This document shows positions 57,091 through 64,000 of a stretch of 64,000 bases of DNA, piece after piece. The notes under the pieces are model-generated. The model was not told the origin of the DNA. It was given only the letters and a program-made list of their open reading frames with translations, and did no database searches. Source of the DNA: an uncultured Actinomycetes bacterium (GTDB lineage Bacteria; Actinomycetota; Thermoleophilia; UBA2241); assembly GCA_963845355.1 (NCBI GenBank), contig CAWJRV010000053.1, positions 14,156 through 78,155 of the forward strand, in the 5' to 3' direction. The stretch's first letter is position 1; each line of letters opens with the position of its first letter. The position numbers and the translations under genes are program-made.

Positions 57091-59367
57091 TCAGGGCGCG
57101 GCGGCCGGGGCCAGGGCGGTGCTGAGCTCGTAGCTCGAGTTCTCGTCGTAGGGGTTGAGTGAGAGCGCCCGCCTGAACGACGCCGCCGCCTGATGTCTGA
57201 GCCCGAGGACGTTCAGCTGCATGAGCCCGAGCTCGTAGTAGGTCTCGTAGTTCTGCGGCTGCAGCCTGACGGCCCGCTCGAGGGTCGCCTGCGCCGCGGC
57301 GCCGCGACCCTGCTGCTGTTCGACCAGGGCGAGCGTGAACAGCGGGTCGACCGCTAGCGGATCGAGCCGGTGGGCGCGACGCGCCTGTACGACCGCGGCC
57401 GACGTGCGGCTCTCGCTGGCCAGCACGATGGCGCGCGACAGCGCACGCTGGGACAGGTCCGGCGAGAGCCAGCTCACGGCTACCAGCAGCAGCACTCCCG
57501 TGACCAGCACGCGGGAGGCGACTCCGAAGCGCAAGGCGAAGCCAAAGCGCGGGGTGCGGGGCCGGCGGGAGGTGCGGCGGGATGCGACCGGCTCAGCGTC
57601 TGGAGCGACCGGCTCGTCGTGGAGCACGGCCGGCTTGTCGTGGAGCGCAGACGACTCGTCGCTGCGCGAGGCCGGCTCGTCGTGAAGCACCGCCGGCTCG
57701 TCGTGGAGCACGGCCGGCTCGTCGCCGGGCACGGTCTGGGCGATACCCTGACGCGCGTCCGCGCGCCGGCGGCGGACGTATGCCGCGGCGACCCCGGTCA
57801 GCAGCAGGAACGCGATCGCCGCGGCGGCCATGTCCCAGTCCCAGTCGATGGTCATGTGAAAGACGAAGGCGACGCTCACGGCCTGCAGGGCGGCCAGGAG
57901 GCCGCGGTCCGCGTCGCGCGCGGCGCGCCCCACCGGCCGCAGCGCGCCGAAGAGCAGAGCGCCGATGAAACAGACGAACAGCACGAACCCGACGAGGCCG
58001 AGCTCGCTCAGCACGTTGATCCACTGGTTGTGGGCATGCTTGACGACAAACGACGCATTGGGTCGGTACAGGTAGTTCGTGAATCGGAACGTGCCGGCGC
58101 CGCTGCCGGCCAGCGGATGATCGCGAAAACCCTTCAGCCCCTCGCGGGCCATGGGGATACGACCGTTGCTGCCGAGCGCGAGCAGGCGGCCGGCGCCGCT
58201 CGTGTGCGGATTGGCGCTCGTGTCGGACGAGGTGAACTGATGAGCCACCTTGTGCACCACGCCGGTGACGCCGCCGTAGCGCGAGGCAAAAGCGAGGCCA
58301 CCCGTCGCCACGACGACCACGGCGAGAGCCAGCGTCGCCACGCCGACGACCTGCCGTGCCCGGCCCTCGAGCGAGATCCGCCGGCCAGCGAGCGCCACGA
58401 CCACCTGGACGACGAGCGAGAGGCAGATGGCGGCGAGCGCCCAGCGCCCGAACTGGTGTCCCTGGGCGGTGCGCAGCGCGTCGCTCGACGTGTAGTTGAA
58501 GAGCGTACCGAGGTGACGGCCGTGGTAGAGGACCGCGGCGACGGGCACGACGGTCAGCGCCAGGCCGAGGGCGCCCTGCAGACGCTCGTTGGTGAGGATG
58601 AAGTAGACGACGAGGGCCAGGGCCAGGGCCAGCGTGCCGCCACGCGAGAACGAGAAGAACAGGGTGAAGGCAAAGAGCGCGAGCGCGGCGGCGCAGGCGC
58701 CGCGCGCGACGACCGGCAGAGAGCGCCGCGAGGCGCCCTCGAGCGCCGGCACGATGGCCATCACCATCATCATCGCCAGCACGTTCCAGTAGCCCAGCGG
58801 AGCGCTCAGACGGGGGTAGAGATGGGCGTTCGTCACCACGTCGGGCAACACTTTTGCGAGGAAGGCATAGACGGCCACCGGCACCATCGCGGCAACGAAC
58901 CCGTACCCGGCCAGCCGGAGCTGCGCCGGACCGGCCGGCGTGATGGTGACGATGACGGCGACGATCAGGTAGAGCAGGCTCACGTCGAAAGCCAGCCACG
59001 AGAGGTCGGGACCGACCGACCAGGCGATCGACAATCCCGCCCAGGCCGTGAAGGCGGCGAACGCCACCAGGGCCACGAATACCGGGCCGCCGAGCGTCAG
59101 ACGCCGCGGCACGAGCCACACCCAGACTGCGGACAACGGCACTGCTACGAATACTACGGTCGCAGTGAGGGAAAAGATGTAGCCGCCAGACAGAAACGAC
59201 AGCGCGACGATGGCGGCCAGGATGAGAGCCACCGGCAGGCAACGCAGAGCGCCTGAGGCGACACGCATCAGCGCAGAAGGGCCGGTACGGGATGAGGCTG
59301 TGCGAGACGTAGCGATGGCCGGCGCGAGGCTTTTGGCGGGTGCGAGATCGTGCTCCACAGGGGGCAT
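57091..59367 (-). CDS. O-antigen ligase/polymerase-like (Wzy_C) polytopic membrane protein with heptad-repeat linker and C-terminal TPR domain
   Basis: At least 10 helices with a large loop typical of the O-antigen ligase family. Seven 7-aa repeats (DEPAVLH) follow, then one more helix, then TPR-like repeats (AVRLQPQNYETYYELGLMQL...ALSLNPYDENSSYEL). The start is uncertain (ATG-59367 or upstream to 59442). Confidence 0.65.
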   Translation of the reverse strand: MPPVEHDLAPAKSLAPAIATSRTASSRTGPSALMRVASGALRCLPVALILAAIVALSFLSGGYIFSLTATVVFVAVPLSAVWVWLVPRRLTLGGPVFVALVAFAAFTAWAGLSIAWSVGPDLSWLAFDVSLLYLIVAVIVTITPAGPAQLRLAGYGFVAAMVPVAVYAFLAKVLPDVVTNAHLYPRLSAPLGYWNVLAMMMVMAIVPALEGASRRSLPVVARGACAAALALFAFTLFFSFSRGGTLALALALVVYFILTNERLQGALGLALTVVPVAAVLYHGRHLGTLFNYTSSDALRTAQGHQFGRWALAAICLSLVVQVVVALAGRRISLEGRARQVVGVATLALAVVVVATGGLAFASRYGGVTGVVHKVAHQFTSSDTSANPHTSGAGRLLALGSNGRIPMAREGLKGFRDHPLAGSGAGTFRFTNYLYRPNASFVVKHAHNQWINVLSELGLVGFVLFVCFIGALLFGALRPVGRAARDADRGLLAALQAVSVAFVFHMTIDWDWDMAAAAIAFLLLTGVAAAYVRRRRADARQGIAQTVPGDEPAVLHDEPAVLHDEPASRSDESSALHDKPAVLHDEPVAPDAEPVASRRTSRRPRTPRFGFALRFGVASRVLVTGVLLLVAVSWLSPDLSQRALSRAIVLASESRTSAAVVQARRAHRLDPLAVDPLFTLALVEQQQGRGAAAQATLERAVRLQPQNYETYYELGLMQLNVLGLRHQAAASFRRALSLNPYDENSSYELSTALAPAAAP
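57590..57736 (-). repeat. seven in-frame tandem copies of a 21-nt unit inside the O-antigen-ligase-like gene
   Basis: Units begin at 57590, 57611, 57632, 57653, 57674, 57695 and 57716. The copies at 57611 and 57695 are identical (GGCTCGTCGTGGAGCACGGCC). They encode DEPAVLH-type heptads. Confidence 0.9.
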
Positions 59368-59501
59368 TATACGTTGACTTGCAAAGCCGTGAGCGAGGGC
59401 CTCAACGTGGAATTCGTCCGACCGTCGTGATATACAAGACAACCAATATCGGAACAGGCCAGTAACTCGGACCGCAGATAGCGCAGATAGAGGGGGTTTC
59501 C

Positions 59502-59864
59502 ATGAAGATGAGAATAGTGACCATCGCAGTTCTCGTGGTCGTGGCCGTGCTCATGGTGGCGGCAGTCGCGCAGGCCGCGTCGAGCACGACTACGGCGATC
59601 ATCAAGGACGCACAGGACGGCCACATCGACGGTAACTACACGCGTGCCCAGGTCGAAGCCGCGCTGTCCTACCTCAAGAGCGATCCCACTTTGCAGCAGT
59701 ACACCGACGTCGAAGGCGTCCTTGAGGACTACCTCGCCAGCCTGCCCGAACCGACCGTCCAGGCCGGCAGCCTCATGTTCACGGGCGGTTCGACCGTCGT
59801 GATCTTCGCCTTCGGTCTGGCTCTCATGAGCGGCGGACTCGTCCTGCGCAAGCTTCGCGCGTAA
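59502..59864 (+). CDS. small secreted protein with C-terminal sorting-signal-like anchor
   Basis: ATG follows GAGGGGG. Signal peptide ...VAAVAQA|AS. The C-terminus is LMFTGG, then a hydrophobic stretch (STVVIFAFGLALMSGGLVL), then RKLRA. A hairpin terminator follows. Confidence 0.65.
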   Translation: MKMRIVTIAVLVVVAVLMVAAVAQAASSTTTAIIKDAQDGHIDGNYTRAQVEAALSYLKSDPTLQQYTDVEGVLEDYLASLPEPTVQAGSLMFTGGSTVVIFAFGLALMSGGLVLRKLRA

Positions 59865-59892
59865 GCCTCTTTCGATATCGCGGTTCGTGCGT

Positions 59893-59923
59893 ACGAGCGC
59901 CCCATCTGGGGCGCTCGTCGTTT
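59893..59923 (+). terminator. rho-independent-type terminator
   Basis: ACGAGCGCCCC-atct-GGGGCGCTCGT followed by CGTTT, about 30 nt after the stop at 59864. Confidence 0.55.
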
Positions 59924-59973
59924 AGGGTGACGACCGTCTCAGCCCGCCCGTCATCGTGACGGTCGACGCCGCG

Positions 59974-60405
59974 TCAGTACGTCGGCAGCCCGTTACTGAG
60001 CACCACCGGCGGACAGCGATCGATGTACACGGTCTCCGTCGGCGAAGCGCGCTTGACGACGACGGTATCGGGCGAGATGCCGGCCGCCCAGCAGAAGAGC
60101 GAGTTCTCCTGAGTGTCCTCTGCCGCCTTATAGGCCGCCGCCCCCACCTCGTAGTCCTGCGCGCAGGCGTAGTGGAAGAGGTCGGGACCAAAGATGTCGG
60201 CGGCACTCGCCGGTACCTCGACAGAGAAGCCGATGGCACAGTGTGCGCCGTCGTCCGTGAAGGCCTTCAGGATGTTGCCCTGCTTGTCGGCATCCTTGCC
60301 ACAGAGGCAGGCGTTCAACACCACGGCGGCCAGGTCGGGAAACTGAGCATACTCGAGGCCGACGCTGGGCGCAGGGGCGACCCCGGGCCCACCCGCGTAC
60401 AGCAT
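59974..60405 (-). CDS. hypothetical Cys-rich protein (5' end unresolved)
   Basis: 143 aa from ATG-60405 with normal protein composition. The frame stays open and protein-like for 44 more codons upstream (to 60537) without any ATG/GTG/TTG. Confidence 0.4.
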   Translation of the reverse strand: MLYAGGPGVAPAPSVGLEYAQFPDLAAVVLNACLCGKDADKQGNILKAFTDDGAHCAIGFSVEVPASAADIFGPDLFHYACAQDYEVGAAAYKAAEDTQENSLFCWAAGISPDTVVVKRASPTETVYIDRCPPVVLSNGLPTY

Positions 60406-60499
60406 CGAGCGTGCCGCGCCCTTCGGAAAGACGAAGTCAATTTCGGCACACTCTCCCTCCCCAAGCGCCGCACCACGAAGACCAAGTTCATCGTACGTC

Positions 60500-62368
60500 T
60501 TATTGCGATGCAGTCCAGTCGGACGACGCGACCACGGTCAACCCCTCCGCCCCACCCACCGTCTTCACAAGCTGGCTCGCCCGCAGACCAAGGTCACCGG
60601 CCACGGCCAGCGCAAGACGCCGGTCGTGGGCGCGGTAATAGACGAGCGGCAGGGCACCCGCCGCAAGTGACCCTTTCGGGGCGCTCAGGGCCTGGTAGCC
60701 GAACACGTCGAGAGCCGCGATGAGTCGCGCGCGGGCGGCCGCGTCGCCATCGACGACCCCGACCCTGGTGAGTGTCCTCTCATAGAAGGTCACGCCGAGC
60801 TTCGTGGCGGCGAGACGCGGCGCGAAGAAGGCGGGCTGCACCGCACGAACGAAAGTCGCCGCGTCGAGGCGGGCCCAGGCGCTCACGAGGCCGTTCGTCA
60901 GGCTTTCGCCCGGAGCGGACGCCGGACTGCCGGCGCCGCTGGGCGTCGGGCTCCCGGGCCCCGTGGACGTCGAGCCGGTCGCGCCGCTGGGCGTCGGGCT
61001 CTCAGCGCCCGTGGAGGCCGCGGCTCCGGTGCCGCTGGGCGTCGGGAGGGCGGTGCCGCTGGGCGTCGGGAGGGCGGCGGTGCCGGGCGTCGGGCTCCCG
61101 ATGACGGCCGGTGCGACGAGGGCCGCGGCGACCGGCGCCAGCGGCAACCCGGCGGCGGTCGTGCGCGCCGCGATCGTGTCGTTCACCGCGGCCGGGGCGG
61201 CCGGCGCCTCTGACACGATGGCCGGCAGCGCCGCGTCCCGCACGCCCGCGAGCGCCGCGGAGAGGACCGTCGCGGTCCGGGTCGCCGACACCGCTCCGGC
61301 GGCCGACCGCCCCACGGCGATGACTACGCCGAGAGGCGGCCGGGCGCGGCCGGGCGCGAGCGCCCGGCTCACTCCGGCCGGTCCGGCGCAGGCGCGCAGC
61401 TCGACGCGCACGCCGCGCACGCCGTAGTGCCGTAACTCGGCCTGGAACGCCGTCCGGTAGCGCGCCGTCCAGCGACCGAGCGGCGAGGTCAGCACGGCCA
61501 CGGTCCGCCCCGCGGGCCGCACGGCGACTGGGGCCGAATACACGGGCGAGGCCGCATCGAACGCAAGCGACTGGCGCAGCGCAAGGAGCGCGTCGGGCAC
61601 CGGCAGCCAGCGCTGGTAGCGGCCGCGGCGCTCCAGGGTGACGGGCAGGGATGTCGTGACCAGATCGCCCGCTTCGGTGAGGTTCAGAGCCCCGCCGATC
61701 GCCGAGACCGCCTGCAGACTCAGCGACGTGCTGACGTCGGTCGAGCCGATGATGTAGTTCACGAAGCCGACCAGATTGAGCTCGCCGGCGCTGCCGTCCT
61801 TGAGGATGAGCCGCAGATAGCGCACCTGGCGCTGCAGCGCCTTGTCGGGTGGCTGGCGCAGGCTCCACACGCCCACGAGGGGCACTGGTCGCGGATGGAC
61901 GAGCTTCGTCGCCGCGGTGAAGAACCCGGGCAGGGCGGCGCGCACGGCCAGCGGGTCGATCGTGACCCACGCGCCGAGCTTGACACCCAGGCGCGCGCCC
62001 AGCGCCTGCGCGCCGACTTTTGGACCGGCCTGATCGACGATCTCGTCGAGGGGCTGCAGGCCGGCCCCCGGCAGCAGGCAGGTGAGCGACGGAGTGACCA
62101 CAACGGCCGTGAAGCGCGCCTGCGTGTAGTCGATGTGCAGCCATACGACACCGGCACAGCCTTCGGGCCGCGGACCGTTCACGAAGACCGCGATGTCGCG
62201 CGGCGGAGGCGGCGGGGCGAGCGGTGGGTGGGTGGCCACCGCGGGCACGACCCTGTGCCAGGGCCCGGGGGTAGCGAGCAAAATGATCACGCCAAGGGTG
62301 ACAAGGACGCCGAGCAACGAAACGGCCCACGGATCGAGGCGCCGCGGCACCGCGCGCACAGGCGTCAC
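60500..62368 (-). CDS. membrane-anchored protein with C-terminal LytR_C-like domain and PTPSG repeat linker
   Basis: N-terminal helix (WAVSLLGVLVTLGVIILLA), a long unassigned ectodomain, a Pro/Thr/Ser/Gly repeat block, and a C-terminal LytR_C-like module (VGVVDGDAAARARLIAALDVFGYQA...GLTVVASSDW). Its start overlaps the upstream LCP stop. Confidence 0.6.
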   Translation of the reverse strand: MTPVRAVPRRLDPWAVSLLGVLVTLGVIILLATPGPWHRVVPAVATHPPLAPPPPPRDIAVFVNGPRPEGCAGVVWLHIDYTQARFTAVVVTPSLTCLLPGAGLQPLDEIVDQAGPKVGAQALGARLGVKLGAWVTIDPLAVRAALPGFFTAATKLVHPRPVPLVGVWSLRQPPDKALQRQVRYLRLILKDGSAGELNLVGFVNYIIGSTDVSTSLSLQAVSAIGGALNLTEAGDLVTTSLPVTLERRGRYQRWLPVPDALLALRQSLAFDAASPVYSAPVAVRPAGRTVAVLTSPLGRWTARYRTAFQAELRHYGVRGVRVELRACAGPAGVSRALAPGRARPPLGVVIAVGRSAAGAVSATRTATVLSAALAGVRDAALPAIVSEAPAAPAAVNDTIAARTTAAGLPLAPVAAALVAPAVIGSPTPGTAALPTPSGTALPTPSGTGAAASTGAESPTPSGATGSTSTGPGSPTPSGAGSPASAPGESLTNGLVSAWARLDAATFVRAVQPAFFAPRLAATKLGVTFYERTLTRVGVVDGDAAARARLIAALDVFGYQALSAPKGSLAAGALPLVYYRAHDRRLALAVAGDLGLRASQLVKTVGGAEGLTVVASSDWTASQ

Positions 62369-64000
62369 TTCACGCGTACGAACGACGTGGCGAGCGCCAT
62401 CATGGCGTCATTGGCGATCTCGTTATCGAGCGTGTTGGAGACCCAGAACAGCGTGCCTCCGACCTTCCAGGCCACCATGTGGAGCTGCGTCCCGTTGTAG
62501 AAGAGCAGATACTTGGTGCCGTTCACGGTCTTCGTCACGTCGGGCGAGGCGATCGCCGGCGGGTCAGTCCAGTGCATCTCTTCGATCTGCCAGTAGCCGC
62601 CGCTCGTCGTAGTGCCGACCACGACCGCCGCGGCGGCCTTGCCGTGGCCGGTGGGCAGCGTGTAGGTGCGCGACATCGTCCAGTCGTAGGAGTAGCCGGA
62701 CACCCAGGCTTTGGGCATGCGCAGGTTGAGCTTCGTCTGGGCATCGAGGTGCCGCCATGCGGCGGTGTCGTAGGGGGCGTTGGCGAGGATGGTGGGACCG
62801 CCTGCCGCCACCTGGGGCAGCACGAGCTGTCCGGTGAAGGCCGGCCCCAGGACGACCGTGACGCCGGGCTCGACCCCCGGAGCGCGCGGCACTGTGATCA
62901 CCTTGCTCGGCGGCAGCATGGTCGAGAGCACGCGGGCGTTGCCGACGAAGCCCTGGGTCGCATAGATGAGCGTGGCCTTGCTGTCGCCCTGCAGGGCGTC
63001 GCCGGCGACCGCCGCCTTGTACCCTTGCGTGACGAGCTGGCCGGCGGCGCCGGCGGCGCTGCCAACGGCGGCGCCGCCGTTGGTCACGGTCACCGTGAAC
63101 GACTTCTTGGGCTGCGCTTCGGCCTGCGCCTTTTGCACGGGCGGCTTCTGGGGGTTCATGAACTGCGCGACGACCGCGGCGACGTCGCTGGACGACGCTT
63201 CGAGCTCGTCGGCGCCACCGACGACGATGGGCGTGCCCACGAGATGAGTCTGGTAGATGCGTGACGTGTTGACGCTCATCACGAGCTGGGTGAGCGTCAG
63301 GAGCTGCTTTATGGACGAAACGTCAGAGACCGTGTTTTCGGCGATGATGTTGATCAGCTTGGGGAGCTTGAGCACGTTCTGCCAGCGCAGGGCCTGCCGC
63401 TTGAGCTCGCGCAGGAACAGCTGCTGGCGCTGCATGCGGCCCCAGTCGCCGAGCTGGTCGTGGCGAAAGCGCACGAAGCTCAGGGCGGCGTGGCCGTTCA
63501 GCTTCTGATAGCCGGCCGCAAGGTTGATCGACGAGTACCCCGTGACGGCAGTGTTGTTGGAATACTGCCGGTCGACGTCGATGTAGACGCCTCCGAGGTA
63601 GTCGACGATGTCGATGAAGCCGATGAAGTTGATGTCGATGAAGTGGTTCACCGGCAGCCCGGTGAGAGCCTTGAACGTGGCCACCGAGAGCGGCGCGCCG
63701 CCGTCGGAGTAGGCCGCATTGATGCGGTCGGTGCCCCAGCCCGGGATCTCGACCCGCAGGTCGCGCGGGATCGACAGCATCGAGATGCTCCTGGTGCGCG
63801 GGTCGATGCGGATCAGCATGATGCTGTCGGAGCGCCCTGTGTCGCCGGGAATGCCCTTGCGACGATCGCTGCCCAGCACGAGGATGTTCTCGGGCTCGTG
63901 CGAGGTGTGGGTGACGGTGAGCTCTTTCTTGACGGCCTTGACGGTGGCGCGATCGTGCGCATTGCTCGCGACCTTATGGACCGTGTTCTGCAGATACCCG
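62365..64000 (-). CDS. LytR-CpsA-Psr (LCP) family glycopolymer transferase, 5' end outside the window
   Basis: LCP core ILVLGSDRRKG...GRSDSIMLIRIDP...LSIPRDLRVEIPG...INAAY...NHFIDINFIGFIDIVDYLGGV...FVRFRHD, then a LytR_C module and an extra C-terminal beta-rich domain. The reading frame is open to position 64000. Confidence 0.85.
   Translation of the reverse strand, partial: GYLQNTVHKVASNAHDRATVKAVKKELTVTHTSHEPENILVLGSDRRKGIPGDTGRSDSIMLIRIDPRTRSISMLSIPRDLRVEIPGWGTDRINAAYSDGGAPLSVATFKALTGLPVNHFIDINFIGFIDIVDYLGGVYIDVDRQYSNNTAVTGYSSINLAAGYQKLNGHAALSFVRFRHDQLGDWGRMQRQQLFLRELKRQALRWQNVLKLPKLINIIAENTVSDVSSIKQLLTLTQLVMSVNTSRIYQTHLVGTPIVVGGADELEASSSDVAAVVAQFMNPQKPPVQKAQAEAQPKKSFTVTVTNGGAAVGSAAGAAGQLVTQGYKAAVAGDALQGDSKATLIYATQGFVGNARVLSTMLPPSKVITVPRAPGVEPGVTVVLGPAFTGQLVLPQVAAGGPTILANAPYDTAAWRHLDAQTKLNLRMPKAWVSGYSYDWTMSRTYTLPTGHGKAAAAVVVGTTTSGGYWQIEEMHWTDPPAIASPDVTKTVNGTKYLLFYNGTQLHMVAWKVGGTLFWVSNTLDNEIANDAMMALATSFVRVK

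Overview
The window is a very GC-rich chromosomal segment; third codon positions are almost all G/C. Gene content and order look Actinomycetota-like: secA-hpf-comF, then mtnA-ahcY, then PMI/PMM/GDP-mannose genes, plus MMPL, LCP and DrrAB-like exporters. I call about 55 protein-coding genes and one tRNA-Val. I saw no rRNA, CRISPR array, transposase, integrase or phage gene. All family calls rest on motif recognition by eye, since no BLAST or HMM search could be run.

Gene blocks, left to right:
- a ferric-reductase / FMN-binding / ApbE flavinylation module
- a PaaI thioesterase flanked by poly-G tracts
- a MarR regulator with a fused ABC exporter
- an M29 aminopeptidase
- an export and signalling neighbourhood (DrrAB-like ABC, MarR-toastrack fusion, small anchored protein, HK/RR pair, MMPL)
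- a D-TA/DSD1 enzyme and an adenine deaminase
- a 1099-aa CheB-CheR-PAS-SpoIIE protein, plus PAS-GGDEF and GGDEF(degenerate)-EAL proteins
- two lipoproteins
- an RHH regulator with an ABC-2 exporter
- an SPFH protein and tRNA-Val
- an ABC-ATPase / YhgE-Pip / TetR / M15-peptidase operon
- prfB with its classic +1 frameshift
- secA-hpf-comF, mtnA-ahcY, and a sugar-nucleotide / O-antigen-ligase-like / LCP envelope locus

Most notable observations:
1. Two copies of the same back-to-back promoter/operator cassette sit in front of two different exporters. One copy is next to an unusual MarR-toastrack regulator, which is the best candidate here for an undescribed regulatory system.
2. At least four conserved genes, including essential secA (hit twice), are split by frame changes. 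Each split has the direction expected for a single missing base in a short G/C run, which points to assembly indels rather than real pseudogenes.
3. There are three long intergenic poly-G tracts (G16, G11, G25).
4. There are many short tandem repeats, several with a 21-nt period, in intergenic regions and inside coding sequence.
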